In this document: positions 24,924 through 38,790 of the stretch, in pieces
How positions within the stretch are numbered: the stretch's first letter is position 1
How the letters are laid out: every line of letters begins with the position of its first letter
Origin: Camelus dromedarius
Taxonomy: Eukaryota
Assembly (NCBI RefSeq): GCF_036321535.1
Contig: NC_087437.1
Location: forward strand, 24,988,001-25,052,000
Direction: 5' to 3'
Length of the DNA: 64,000 bases
Translations under genes and position numbers: made by a program
Notes under the pieces: model-generated
Database searches by the model: none
Told to the model about the DNA's origin: nothing
What the model saw: the letters and a program-made list of their open reading frames with translations, nothing else

Positions 24924-27227
24924 TCCATTCATTATTAATTAATTAAAGTACTTATTATAGTTATGTATAATTCTTAAATATAGATATATATTTTTTGATT
25001 CATTGGCAAAGTGAGACTCATTTTTCTGCTTTGCATTGTCATAACAATCAGTGTTGTATTTGGAAGGAATTCCTACTAGCAGTCATCAAAAACGGAACAG
25101 AATGTGACTGGACATTTAAACTTGTGAATAAGACACAATTAAATCAACATAAAATAGACCTAACCCTGAAGTTTAAAAATCAACTTTGCCTTAATCTCAA
25201 AGGAGTGTACATTGGTATTGTTTTCTTGAAATCATTCAAAATTTCTACTAAGTATAGGAAGGGGGAAAGGAAAGCAACAATATCTTGAGAAATTATTTAA
25301 TTTATTTATTATTTATTGAATGGATTCAAATCTTTTTTAAAAAAAAATTCAAATGCTGAGCTGATTTTGAAAGGTAATCATCTTTCATGCTGGAAAAGTT
25401 TAAATTGCCAGTTTAAGCCTGTTGAAAATATTTTTATTGCATTCTTAGTAATTTCCCATGAAAGCATTTCTAAAGGCTCAGCAAAACATTTACAATTTTA
25501 TAAAACCTTTTAAATTAATTTATAACTTAGCTATGAAGTTCTTTTTGGGAGACTCAAAACAGTGGGTGACCTTATATCCATAATGTGTATGCTTAAATGT
25601 TTTATTACAGCAGAGTGAATTAGGACAGAATTACTTAACTTTAGACATCAACATTTCATTTAACTGCAATCTGCTTGGTATTTTACTTAAACCAATTCAA
25701 TTCCATTTTATCCAATTGCAAGGTCACTTTTATATGTTCTGACTCTTTTGTTTTATTTTTAACTGTCGAATGGCTTCGGGTCCGGAATATGAGAAAATAC
25801 TGACCAAATTTAATCATTCTTTTGGCGTTGTATCCCATCAGGTGTTTAAGAAGATCAGTGTTTTCTTGCAATCTTGAGGAGGGAGGTACAATGTGGACTC
25901 AATCTCACTCCTCTTAGTCCACCTTTTTTTATCTCGGCTGTTACTATGACAACCAGCCACGTGCAGGTGTAATCTGACAGCACATTGCTCCAGCCCAGCC
26001 AGGCCTGTCTTTTACTTTCTGTCCCAGAGCATCTATTTACACTTCCTTTCAGTTCTGTTTGTTTTCTAATAAATGCTTTAAGGGCTATATATTTTCCTCT
26101 GTGTAGCATTTCAATCACATTCACATGATGAACCAGGTCATGTTCTCATTGTTCATTTCTAATTAGAATTTAATTTTAGCTTTAATCTCCCAAGTTAACC
26201 CAAGGGTTACTTAGAGAAGTCTTCTTAATATCGAAATAAATATTTTACTTTCTTGTCACAGGTTATTGCCTGAAATGTAGCCTGACTGATTTCTGATTTG
26301 GGGTCTTCATTAGATTTTCTTCATGTTACATATTCCATGGTCTTTTTTAAAAATGAAATTTCCATGGCTACCGAAAAATTTTTTTGTAACAAATGTTATA
26401 TTGGACCTCTTTCTACCTCAGGTTTGGCTGAGTTAAAAAAAAATCAGTAGGAAAGTACTTTCACATTCTACTATGAGAGCAAAGGAGGGCCTTAAAGTCA
26501 ACTTTGCAGTTTGCCCATCGACCACCTCCAGCCCACTCAGACTTCAGCCAGAGGGAGGCTAATGGAGTGCAGGGAAGGCTTTTTCTGGAGAGATTTGTTG
26601 TTGGATGCTGAGGACCACCCATTCCTTCACCTTAAGTCTTAAGTGTGGAAGAAATTATTCTGAGACCACTCGGACAGCTTGAATATGTGTCCCCTAGAAT
26701 ATCAGACACTCTTCTGAGAAATTGGAAGCATGCAAATCGTGCATCTTCAGAGTGGACAGCTGCAGTGGATGGAAAAGCACATCCACTGACAAAGGACCAG
26801 AGATGTGCGTGTGTCAATGTCAGAGCGGCCTAAGACTGACTGAGCCTGTGGCAGTCACTCCACTGACTGTCATAACATGCGAGAACCTCATTACATTTCC
26901 TACAGGATTACAAACCTAAAGAGATTATGTGTAATACCGTCCAATCAATCCAGACTCAGTATTCCTAGTAACGCAAGTAGTTTACACATACTACTTTGGG
27001 GCAGTGGGAGCAGTTGCTCTCATCTCCAGGGCGGTGTCTTCTCTCCCCTGAGGCAGCCTTGGTCATCACTATGGTTGGACCCAGCAAGGTGACTCTGGTC
27101 AGAATGGCATCCGGATGTCTGGACGGAGTCTTCAGGAGAAGAGGGACCAGCGGAGCCATCAGGCCCCTGCAAGAGGTGAAAGGGGCTTTGCACTATGAAA
27201 TCCTAGAGGGTTTCCCCAAAACATGAC

Positions 27228-27782
27228 TGCGGGAATTCAGGATACGCCACCCTAAAATACGCCACTTTGCTGTGCTGATTATTTTGAGCTGCAGGCACTT
27301 GAAAAACAGCAGATGCAGAGAGAGGCTTTCTCTGAACTCCCTTTCGCTATCTAAAGACAGAGCTTCCCAAAGGAACTCATTTGTCATAGATCCCCTCTCA
27401 GAGCTTTCATCAACCAGGGGGGATTGACTGTTCTCACAGAAGATACTAGAAGTTGACACCACCCCCAGACAAACTTTGTCATGAACTATCACACCTCCCA
27501 AATATTCTTTCAAGGGGCCATTCATCTTTCCTAGCAATCATCTTCTCGCCCCTAAGAGGCCCACATCCCTCTCCTCCTTCCCTATTAAGATGGTATTTAA
27601 GTCAAAATTCTAAGCCACCTCCTTGGGTCACTCCTTTTTCCCTGGGTATCTCCCATGTGCATGTGAGAGGTACCTGTTAATAAACTTCCGTTTCTTTTCC
27701 CTCTGGTAATCTGTGCTTTACTACAGAAAGGCTCAGCCAAGAACTCAGAGGGTAGAGGGAACTTTATTTTTCCTTCCCAACC
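27228..27782 (+). mobile_element. ERV1 LTR, MER34/MER39-like
   Basis: caggatacgccaccctaaaatacgcc...gattattttgagctg...cagcagatgcag, with gttaataaactt polyA and a ttccttccc end. Confidence 0.8.
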
Positions 27783-27784
27783 GA

Positions 27785-27958
27785 TGTCAATAAAGTTTTA
27801 TTGGAACACAGCCATGCCCATTCATTTCTATATTATTTTTGGTTGCTTTCACATTACCACGGCAGAGTTGAGTTGAGTTGAGTGACAGAGACCACATGGT
27901 CCTCAAAGTCTAAAATATTTCCTATCTAGCCCTTTGCAGAAAATATTTGCTACTCTTG
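27785..27958 (+). mobile_element. MER58-like hAT-Charlie DNA transposon (its 5' stub at ~27203-27227 is separated by the LTR)
   Basis: aataaagttttattggaacacagccatgcccattcattt...gcagagttgagt...aaaatatttcctatctagccctttgcagaaaa. Confidence 0.85.
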
Positions 27959-29438
27959 ATTTTTATCTTTCTTGACTTTTAGTCACCTAGTCACTCGATT
28001 TCTCCTACTATGACTATAAAATGATCAGTTTCCCGGTGATTGAATTGGTTTTTACTTTGAAAACTTCCAAAGTTGTAGAGCAAAATTTCATGACTTTTGC
28101 ATATTGTACTGGTTCATAACTTTGTCAGTACCCAATGTACCTCTTTTTCCCTTTTAATAAATTTCACCTTAAATTTCTTTTGTCCAATCTCAATATTAAT
28201 ATAACTGCTTTCTTTGAGTTAGCATTTGCTGAGTACTTAACTACAATCAATTATTTTTTTAGATGCTTATCCTTTAAAGAAGCTTATAACTACATTTTCT
28301 TAAACTTTTGACTTGGAGAATTTAATCTATTTTTTGTGAATTATAGTGCTTGATTTTTCCCTGCCATATCATTTTGTCTTATATTACCCATATTCTTCTT
28401 TCTTTTGCTGAGATTTCCTCGACTTCTTTCTTCTTTCATTTGAACATTATTTGCTGTTTTTTTCCCACTGTTGATGGGTTGAAATTGTAAACCCTATTTC
28501 TCTCTGCCTAGTGTATATCCTTAAAATCCTAATACACATATTTCAACTCATTTTCTACTGATATTTAGATTTAGCTATATCAGTTTATTCCCTACCATAA
28601 GATGAGAACCTTAACTACCTCTATTCATCCTTCATATCTGTCACCACTGAGATGTAATAATTTGGACTATTATGAATAATATTATGAAAACATGATTTTT
28701 AAAGGGTAGCATAAATCATTTATTTCAATTATTCATTTTATGAAATTATTTTTCCTTTACTCTTTTTCCAACATTTTCCTTTTCCAGGGATATTACTTGA
28801 TTTGCTAATGTACATTCTCAATTTTTGTCACAGTGTTCATGGTGATAAACTTTACGAGTTTCTGCATGTATGAAAAATGTTTATTTTGATCTTTCACTTG
28901 AGTGCCTCCCCAACTCAACCATGTTCCTTTAAACCTGTTAACTCCTCTGTAAACAGACTATTAAACTTTCATCAATGAAAAATTTAGGGTGTGCTGTTTT
29001 CTGCCAGAATCCTGAATGTGACAGCTTTTATATCTTGAAAACCAAAGCGATTATAATTCAAATCATCTTTCATTGTCATTTTAGTACATTGTCTGAACAC
29101 TAATAAATGTCCCAAAATTATAGATATATATTACACACATGTACCCATGTGCATTCACACACCCGTATGTTTTACACACAGGCCAAAAAAAAAAGCTTTA
29201 GTACTTTTGTTGGTTGACAAAATTCTAACTAACCTAGGGAAGAAATTAACCATAAAAAAAGAGACCTAGATGAAGAAAATATAAAACTAAATAAATAAAT
29301 AAGCAAACAGATTTTATTGATGGATGAGGAACATGGCTGAAAAAAACCAAAAACCACTCCTGGACAGTGTTATCAGTTAGGGTGCACTTGTTTGCAAACA
29401 GGAGAAAATGAAGCTCAAACTGGCCGCAATCATGCAGG

Positions 29439-29625
29439 CCACTGCTTCTCAGAATGTGGTCCATGAGCATGCTGCAATAGTGTCACCTGGGATCTTGTTA
29501 CCAATGCAAATTCTCCAGACTTATCCCAGAACTGCTGAATCAGAATCTTGGGAGACGGGGCCAAGAATCCACATCTCAACAAGCCTTTTATGTGTCTCTT
29601 ATTCATGCTGAAGTTTAAAAGCATC
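29439..29625. mobile_element. MER5A-like hAT transposon nested in an old MLT1 LTR (~29370-30090)
   Basis: cttctcagaatgtggtcc...cacctgggatcttgtt...aatgcaaattctc...ctgaatcagaatct. Confidence 0.8.
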
Positions 29626-30099
29626 AAGTGAAGGAGATTTATTGGCTTATAAACTGGAAGTTTAGAGTTGGATTCTGTGGCTCAATGTATCTATTTTGCT
29701 TTTCTGTTCTGCCTTCAACTTGGCAGTTTCATCCTCATTCTGCTTCTTTGGGGGATCTCTCAGCACTGTCAACAATGTCGGGGCAGTAGGCTTCCTGACT
29801 GACTTAAGCAAGAAAGAAAGAGTAGGTTACATATGGGAGCTCCATTATACAAGTAAGGAAAGTTCTTTCTCAAAAGCCCACAATCACTTTCTCCTTGTGC
29901 TTCATTGCCCAGTTCGGGTCACAAGACCGACCATAAACATGGGCCAGGAGGTGGGATGTTGCTGATTACTGTGTGTCATATGTCCAACCCAGAGACCCAG
30001 AGGGATTCAGCATTTTTCCAAGTTGATGAGATGCATGGCCGACACATGAATGCTTGAATTCAAGGAGTAATAAATGATGGAGACCAACCACGGAGTCAT

Positions 30100-31325
30100 C
30101 TCAATATCATTAAAATGTCGAAATTCCAAATGATTATATAAAATTAATTTTAAAAGTCTATCAGAATCCCTACTAAAAAAGGGTAAAGTTACTTTAGAAT
30201 TTTAATAGAAAATTGCCCAATATTCTTTAAAGCATATAACAAATAAAGGAGGACAACCCATCCAAAATTTAAAATATACTGCAAAGCTTTAGTAATCACT
30301 ATTTTCCTATACCTAAGAAACCTATTGAAACAAGAAAGACAAACAGATTAATAGAATTGAATAAAAATCCAAAATGTACAAATGGGAACTTAATATTTAA
30401 TAGAGGTGGTATTTCATTCCATTGTTAATTTAATAAATATGTTTGGCATTATTAGCTGCCCATCTCTATAAAAGCAGTTAGATCACTTTGTTACAACATT
30501 TACAAAAATAAATTCTAAGTGGATTAAAGATATAAACATAACAGACACATAATATTAGCAAAACAATTTGGAGACCATTTGTATAACTATGTGGTGGGGG
30601 AGTCTTCCAGAAGCAATAGAGGGAACATGACTGGGAAAGATTAAGAGATTTGATTACTAAGAAATTTAAACTTTCTATGTGGAAAAATATACTATAAACA
30701 AAGTTAAAGAACAGATTAGACTGAGAGAAAATATTTGTAATATATATAGCAATAACAAATAAGATGATCAGGACATTAAAAAAAAACCCAGTAATAAAAT
30801 TTGGCAGTGATATAAACCAGCAAGTCACAGAGGAGAAGCCAGTGGAAAACAGATACCAATATACAAAAAGATGTTTAACTTCGCCAGTAATCAGGAAAAT
30901 GGAAATGGAAACAACAGTAACTTACCAGTTTTCTTAACCCATGAGGTTGGCAAAAATGTGTGTATGTATGTATGTTTAATATATAATGCTCAGTGCTGAG
31001 GAGAATGTGGGGAAATGGGAATTCTTATACCTGCTGGCAGAAGTGTGAAATACTATGACTCCTTTGGAGCAGATTTAGTAGTACCTATTAAAATTGAAGA
31101 AAAAATATATATACACATATATCCTTTAACCAAATAATATCAGTTTGGGGTATCTATCAAACAGAAATAAAACCACAGATACATAAGGAAATATGTTTAT
31201 TGTAGCACTATATAAGTGGCAAAAATAAATCAGCGAACTATACTGTCAATTAAGAGGAGAAAGGTTGTATAAGTTAAGGTACACTCATGCTGTGAAATGT
31301 TACCCAACCATAAAAAAGGAATGAG
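30100..31325 (+). mobile_element. Ancient L1 (L1ME-like) ORF2 3' remnant
   Basis: A-rich, with aaaataaattctaagtggattaaaga, aaagatgtttaacttc...taatcaggaaaatg and gctggcagaagtgtgaaa motifs. Confidence 0.8.
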
Positions 31326-31329
31326 CTTA

Positions 31330-31560
31330 TTCATTATTCATTCAACAAACATTTGACATATACTTACAATGTTCATGTCCTGTTTTAAGTGTTGTCATTA
31401 AAGCAAGTTGTAAAGGAAAGTGTGTCTTTGGTGACTCATATACTTGTGAGGATGAAAAATAAAAAATAAATGAGATAATTTCAGAGAGCAATTACATACT
31501 AAGAATAAAATAAAACAAGTTGATATGATAGAAAATGATCGATAAGGAGGTAAAGAAAAT
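31330..31560 (-). mobile_element. L2 fragment
   Basis: cattcaacaaacatttg...acttacaatgt...ctgttttaagtg. Confidence 0.6.
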
Positions 31561-32329
31561 GAGAAAGACATCCTCGTGAAAATATTAGAAAAAAAATTTT
31601 AAGCCAAATGAACATCTTCCTTAGAGCCTTGTCAATGGATCCAGAGGGACATTTATATTATACTACAAAAGAAAAATTACTGAAAAATATGGCATGGTGC
31701 CATCCCATTTTTGTTTAAAAATAATTAAGAAAATCACTCTCCAGGTGAGTATGTGTATGTTTTTTTAAGTGAGCATATAGAAAACAGCAGAATACATCAT
31801 GTTGGCACTTGCTAGCATAGGTGTTAGTATTGAGGTAGTGAGGTATAAAAATAGTCAACTTTTTCTTTGTAGATGTTCATTTTTGCTCACAACAGCAGGC
31901 AGGTTTTGATTTTCTAGTTTGTGGAATACAAACTATAATCAAGATTTTCAAATTATTTAAAAAATTTTTAGTGTGTGCATCATTTCAACTTTGAGATTCT
32001 TTTTCTCGACAATTTCATGGATTATTTCCTCCCTTCCCATCATTCTATCCTCCAGTCCTTTATGGAACACTTGTAAATTAGTCAAGCAGTCTGGCTACTC
32101 TGAATCCCAATTAATTATTTCCAATTAATTACCTGAGATGCCACCAGGAAAGGAGGTCCCACCTCACTGATGTGTTGAATTTTAAAGCCTGAGCTACCTC
32201 CACCTCTACAGCTGTCTTGTAGAAATGTTTTTGTCTGTTGTTATTTTTCTACCTTCTATCTTTCAGAATTTTCCCTCAAAGTTTCCCCTCGTCAGTATCT
32301 TATATCTGTTCTTAAAGTACGTAAAAGTC

Positions 32330-33386
32330 TTGGTCATTTCAGGCTACTACGACAGAATATCATAGACTGACGACATAAACAACAAACATCTCTTTCTCAC
32401 AGTCCTGGAGGCTGGGAAGTCCAAGATCCAGGTGCCAGCAGATTTGGTGTCTGGTGAGAGCTCACTTTTTGGCTTATGAATGGCTGTCTTCCTTTTCTTC
32501 CCCCCAAGTCAATAGAGCTTTGATTGAACCTTTAAAATACCACAAATGAACCTGAAGAATCGTCTGGCATCTTGCCGTTTCCATAGCCGGACAGCTTAGC
32601 TGTCATTCATCAGTCTGCTGAACGACTCCTTTTCCAGAGACACAGATACCACCCGAGAATTTTCTAATATCCTTGTTTTCCTCTATTATGGCTTGCTGAA
32701 TCTAAGCAGCTGAATTTGATACATGTTCAATGTTGTTTCCTTCAAGAATTAATTCATCTTTCTGGGCTTGAGATATTGCACAATCGACGCCTGGCCTGAT
32801 CTGAATTCTGCGGATGTATTTTTCATCCAAGAAGTTTCGGATTTCAACAAAAGACCCATTCTCCTGAATAATGATGGTGATGGGGAAGTGAGCCGACACC
32901 AACCTCATGTGAAACAGAAGCCCAGTGTAACACCCTTGATCATGTTCTGTACGTGATTCTTTTCCATTTCCTACCATTTGTCAGGCTAGAGCCTCTTCTT
33001 TTTCTTCCAAGGAGGCTGAGTTCTACACTGATGTGATTGAAGTCCCTCCACAGGGTGCCTCAGGGGCTCTTTACCATAACTGTGTGTCCTTCCAAAGTGA
33101 TGTCGACACTTGCTGCATTGGGGACAGTCTGATTGCTGAGAATGGTCTTCATTCTCATGGTAGATGCAGCAAAGAAAGCGATAGCTGACTTCTTGATTCA
33201 CCCTCACGTGACGGAGGTACAAGGGGGATCTCTGCCGTCCCTTTTATCAGGACACGAATCCCTTTCACAAGAACTCTACCCTCGAAACCTGATTACACCT
33301 CAATGACCCTATCTCTACTACCAACACTTTGGGGGTTAGGATTTCAACATATGAATGGAGGGGGAATAAACATTCAATCCATGACA
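32330..33386 (-). mobile_element. MaLR LTR (MLT1A/MST-like) split by the RPL9 retrocopy
   Basis: Left part has ctcacagtcctggaggctgggaagtccaagatccaggtgccagcagatttggtgtctggtgag. Right part has gggggttaggatttcaacatatgaat...aaacattcaatccatgaca. Both match the recalled MLT1A consensus and are collinear across the insert. Confidence 0.85.
32492..33178 (-). pseudogene. RPL9: Processed pseudogene of 60S ribosomal protein L9 (RPL9/uL6)
   Basis: Minus strand has a 5'TOP-like leader (CTTTCTTTGCTGC) and ATG at 33152 (MKTILSNQTV...). ORF 32702-32977 contains [29 protein letters not shown]...[23 protein letters not shown], and the C-terminus ...GVVQQTDE* ends at 32603, followed by a 3'UTR. Intronless, with frameshifts, premature TAG codons and a ~26-nt deletion. 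Confidence 0.96.
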
Positions 33387-36300
33387 CTGAATAAATTTTG
33401 TTCCGGGGAAGGTGTGTGCTCAATTTATCATCTTTAGCCAACCACCTCTCCTTCTCTTCCTGCTGCCTTAGAGTTGACATGTCATCTTTGCAGAATAATT
33501 TAGGCTAAATGTAAGCCCTTGCAAAACCACATGTTTTTAGGACACAAATAACTCCTTCCATTTCATGAGTTCAGAATATTTATACCAGTTCTCTGAGTTT
33601 CAGCCTATTATCATCTTTATTTTACAGTCTTTACCTTCCTCTCCATGCTACTGGTTTTGAAAGTAGGCAGCCGTGATTGCTGACTGCACAATTCCTACCG
33701 CTAGAGCATTGGACTTTCCTCCTCATTTCAACCAGAACCACTTAGATTTTATCCATTTTATACTGTATGCATCTGTTTAAGTTCCTGTCAAAAAAGAAAA
33801 GTGGGGGGTGGGGGTCGATTATTTTAAAAAGAGTTGGAACAGCATCTTAAGAAGGAAACCAAAAGCAGTTGGAATTCATGAGTTTATCTTTGGCTCTCTC
33901 CCAATATTTTTCTTGATCTTTTCTCATTTCCAATTCGCCTTAAGACCTGCCTTCCAGATGCCTAAAACTACATGTGATCCTCAGATCCAAAACCCATTTA
34001 GACTCAACCTTCCAATCGTTATGTTCCTAACAATTCAATATTGCCTTTCCCTCTTTCCCTAATAAAAATGCAAATTCTACTAGTGCACCAGATCTTATCA
34101 AGATGTTACAGAATCATCTGATTAAAAATTCACATGGACATATCAAAAGTGGATAGGAAGCCCCCAGGAAGCATGTTATATTTTATAATTGGATATTATC
34201 CTAACTTATTTCCTGGTGGTAGATATGCAGGCATGTCTGTGTCTGTGGGATCCATTTCTCTCTCTCCCTTAGTCTGCTCAGAGATGTGATATATTCTTCC
34301 AATTGAAAGAATAGGACATATAACACTGCAAACCCTTCTACATGTCAAACTTAAGGATTCTCAAATTAGAAGGGAAGTGATGAATTTTCCACTGGCCTGT
34401 GACTAAATGAGAAAAATAAGGCCACTATTGTTCATTTGCATAAAGCCAAATTAATTCAGTATGCAGAACAATAATTTGTTCTGTGAATTTTGTCCTTTTT
34501 TTGTGAAATGATTATTGTAGCAAAAAGTAGTTTTATTATGCGTATCCTGATCTTGGCAAAGGACTTCCTGTTGTAAAACTTCCAATTAAAAAAAATCATA
34601 CAGTGCCAAGGCCTTGCAACACAACATATTTTGAGCTTTTGAGGAGGAATGACTTTGTCTTATTCTGCACTCTGTCCCCTGCACAGCGAAGTGTCTATCA
34701 TATTAGAGTGTCCACTGTATGGAGAATTGAATCATGAGATATATACGCAATAAGCCACGCCTTTCGAAGCTGTCAAGAGTTTATGCTGTACTTGCTCCAT
34801 ATCAGCAGAAATCCTATCAAAATTCTACTACTTCTGCACTACTACTGCACTACTGTTTTTTCCAGTTAGGATTTCGGTGGGGGTTTATGCACTCAGTCCC
34901 AGAGAATCAGCAAGATAGTCTAAGGTTTCTGCCTCCCCACTTCTCCATATCTTCCTTTCTAGAAAACAATCCCTTAAGGCGTGTTGAAAACTTTCTCCTG
35001 TTTTTCTAAAACAGATCTCCAGCCATCGAAATTGTGTGTCCTCCTCTTCTAGCTGATCAGTTTCTTATCTGTCTTTATATGTAAATTGTGCTAAACTGAA
35101 CTAAGACAAGGAGGTCTAGTTTAGAATTCCTGTGCTCATTAGTCACATCCCATAGTGTTGGAAATGCTTTTAGGAAGTGTTTTCCAGTCCTGGAAAAGTT
35201 GAAAGTGTACCGTATGTCTTGTTCACAGTGATTCTTCTCCCCCTGGGAAACTTAGTAAATGACCTCTAGAAATATTTGCAAAACATATCTTCGTGCTTTA
35301 TTAGGCTTTTGTGTTTTCTCAAATTTAATAAATACACACATATAATTTAACTTTTGCAAGTTGAGATTTTTTTTGACTGTCCCCTCTGAAAGAAAACTTT
35401 ATTCCTTCAATGAGAATCCTGATACCATGATGTACATACCTTTCTCCTTTGGGATCATTTTAAGTACTTGCTTTTTCTCCATTTCAGCTAACTGTATCCA
35501 GCAACAGTGACACAAAAAAATTCTTACTTCAGGATCCCCTTTAATCTTGTTCTTTCTCTTTCACCCTCTGCTCAGGCTGTTCACCACCTCCTCCCGGTGG
35601 AAACAAGACTTTCTTCCTCCCAGATCCCCAAATTCCACCCATGGAAGTACATGGTGGTGATTATGCTTAATGTAGACTGTCATTTAAGAGAAAGTGGACA
35701 GAATAAGACTGTGGGTATTAAAACAGTGGCACACATATCTCATTTCTTTATACCCATGCATAAATGAATGGCAAAGATATTTAGCATAAGTCAACATCGG
35801 TGAGTAAAATGTTGAAGGTTCAAACATGTCTTTTTTATCGGTTACATTTAGATAAAAATGATTATATACAAATTTCTGCTATTAGTATAGTTGGCCTTTG
35901 ATTATTAATGACAAAAAGGGCAAGACTATAGCATGGATGGCCATGGGAAACCATGGTGCATCAGTGCCCATAAAATACAGGCAAAAGACCTTGAGAGTTG
36001 GGACCTTGAGGTCAGTTGCCCTTCAGTCTCAAAGGACCCACCACTGTATGGACCCAAGTTATGTATCAGACTCTTCGTTGCTCCCGTGCCATTGCATGTG
36101 CTGGCTTTGAAATTATTGATAATCTCTAGGACCCTATTATATTTTGCCTTTTGTGTTCCTAGATCATGAAGATATAGTTTAGATTTATTCCCCAATAGAA
36201 ATGTCTATGCTATCATAAACATTTGTAGCTGGCAGTGTACCTTCAGGGCCTCATTTTAAACGTGTGTTTTCATTCTGTCTGGTATATATTCTCTGTTCAT

Positions 36301-38187
36301 TAAGCACGTTTACCAGTATTTATGTGTATGTGTGAACTGCTTGATAAATATTTCCTATCTTCAACTTCTGAAGTCTTACTGATGGCTTTTTAGTGACACC
36401 TGTGCTTGCACCATCAAAAAAAACTTAGTAAGACTCCTCTGTACACATTGTGTTAAGAACATTCAAAGTTATGAAAACCTGGCACATTGAGATAAGTAAT
36501 GAAGATAATAAGTAATTCTACACTCATGAGAATATCATGCTTTCCCTTTGTGTTGCTTTAGCAATGTGTTGTTTACTGCTTCCAATTTCCAAAAACTGAA
36601 CTTTCTTCTTGAGTAAAAAATGTTAGAGGATAATTTTCTAACCAAAAGTTGAAATCATGATTCCCATATGATATAAAATGAATATATGTATTCCTTCTCG
36701 AGATCATTTCAAATAACCTAGAGCCATAGTATATTGAACAGTCACAAGATTAACTTCTTTCTGGAAGCTATCATGAGGAATCTCAGGTTGGATTTTGATT
36801 TTCAAGGCTTCTATTATTTTTTATCCCTCGGGTAGGAAATCAGCCAAAACAAAACAAAACAGAACAGACCATCTCTTTACACCAGATTTCACCTGCTGTA
36901 TCTCGACACTTGGATGGATTTTCCTCCTCTTAAAGACCAAATGTCCTTAGGTTTCTTGGCATTGCCACCTGTAAGGCTGAGGCTGCATAGCCAGGTGCCA
37001 GGGCAGTTTCTCTGAGAAGATTTAGTAGGCATCAGCTTCATAGGTAAAATCAACCACAGTTCCTTAACAGTGACTTGTCATGCCTGATTAAATGAGCATT
37101 ATCTTCTTCTGTAATGGACACAGTTGCATCATCAACTTTTCTAATTGTACGTTGGTAGAAATGAGGGCAGATTCTTCCTGAGTCCACATAAATAACTGAA
37201 TTAACGTGAAAAGTCAGAACACTTAACTTCTGGAAGGATCAACGGAAATCAGGTAATATTTTTAAATATTCCATTTCAGTTTACAAAAGCAGTCTATCAC
37301 ATTGTCATGTCTCACTGGATTTGGGGTTAGAAGTCTCATGAAACTGTTTTCCTCTTGACTCATCCCAGGGGGAAAGTTGCCTAGTGATGTCACCAGAAGC
37401 CTTTACCCAGGAGTCTCTTTGAATGGTCAATAGTGTGCAGTGCCCGATACAGCCCTTTTCCACGGTGTTCGGACACACTCTTTGTTTGCTGAAGACAAAA
37501 GCTCTGGTACCTTATAGAAGGGTCATCACACAGCATCAGGGTGAAACAAAGACTATAGATGATAGAGACTTAATGGCTGTTGTTGATTTCTTACTGAAAT
37601 TTTTTAAATGAAAAAAGATAGTTGAGAGTTCATAATCACAATCTGTCAATGACCAACAATGTTAGTTATTTCTCTGACACACAAAACATGATAATAAAAT
37701 TGTTCTACATACAATTCTAGACAAACTATCTCTAGGGATAACTGATTAAGCCCATTTTGAGAAAGTCAGTGAACGTTGCGTGTCATTTATAAAAAAAAAG
37801 ATAAGCATAATTTTTATAGAGAATAATCCTGAGACATTACATATATAATCTACAAAGAATACATCTAGAATATGAAGAGGTTTAGTAAGTAAAGAGTAAG
37901 GCCTAGACATATGTATTTTTATAAAACTGTAAGTCTGACATATATCCTCAATTAAGAACCACTGGCCTTGGAGATAGCAGATTCAAATGAACAAAGTAAG
38001 GTTATAGGCAAGTAAACAATTTAAGTAATTACAAAATTATGACCCATAATACTATACAGTTGTGTCATATCTTCAGGCAAATCACCAGGACTTTGAGAAA
38101 TAAAGGAAAAATTAACTGTTTCATAAGAACTTTGATTAATGTTTCTTGGAGCATAAGCATTTACCAGGGACACTGAGGGTTTTGGTA

Positions 38188-38432
38188 GAGTTGAACATCA
38201 TTATTCACGGATTCTGTATTTGTCAATTTGTCTACTTGCTAAAATTTATTTGTAACCCTAACATCAACTCACATAGATGCGTGAGTCCCAGTTGAGGTCA
38301 AAACAAGTCTCTGTCTTTTAGTTTTAGCTTTCATACTATAAACAGGTGTCTCTTTATGGTCAATTTATTCAATGTTCTTCATATTTTTATGTTTTTTGTT
38401 GGTGATTTCACAATCGAAAATGACCCTCACAA
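38188..38432 (+). mobile_element. TcMar-Tigger DNA transposon fragment (MER82-like)
   Basis: tcattattcacggattctgtatttg...acttgctaaaatttatttgtaaccc...tcccagttgaggtc...tttttgttggtgatttc. Confidence 0.7.
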
Positions 38433-38493
38433 GCCAAAAATTAGAACAGTAATAGTAAGATACTATAACTCATTAAACAAACTGACAATAACA

Positions 38494-38790
38494 ACATAGA
38501 AAACAAACTTATGGTTATGGGGGTGGGGGAGGGAGTGGGAAGGGATAAATTGGGAGTTTGAGATTTACAGATACCAACTACTTTATATAAAAGAGATGAA
38601 CAACAACTTTCTGCTGTATACCACAGGGAACTATATTCAATATTTTGTAGTAACCTAAAATGAAAAAGAACATGAAAAGAAACATAGGTATGTGTATGTA
38701 TGACTGAAACATTATGCTGTACACCAGAAGCTGACACAACATTGCAAACTGATTATACTTCAATTTAAAAAAAATTTTTTTAATTTTAAA
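38494..38790 (+). mobile_element. L1 3'UTR fragment (artiodactyl type)
   Basis: catagaaaacaaacttatggtta, a G-rich tract, cacagggaactatattcaata and gctgtacaccagaa...tatacttcaat followed by an A tail. Confidence 0.9.

Noticed and set aside
31831..31850. tgaggtagt resembling the let-7 5' end
   Set aside because: The match stops after 9 nt and there is no complementary hairpin arm.
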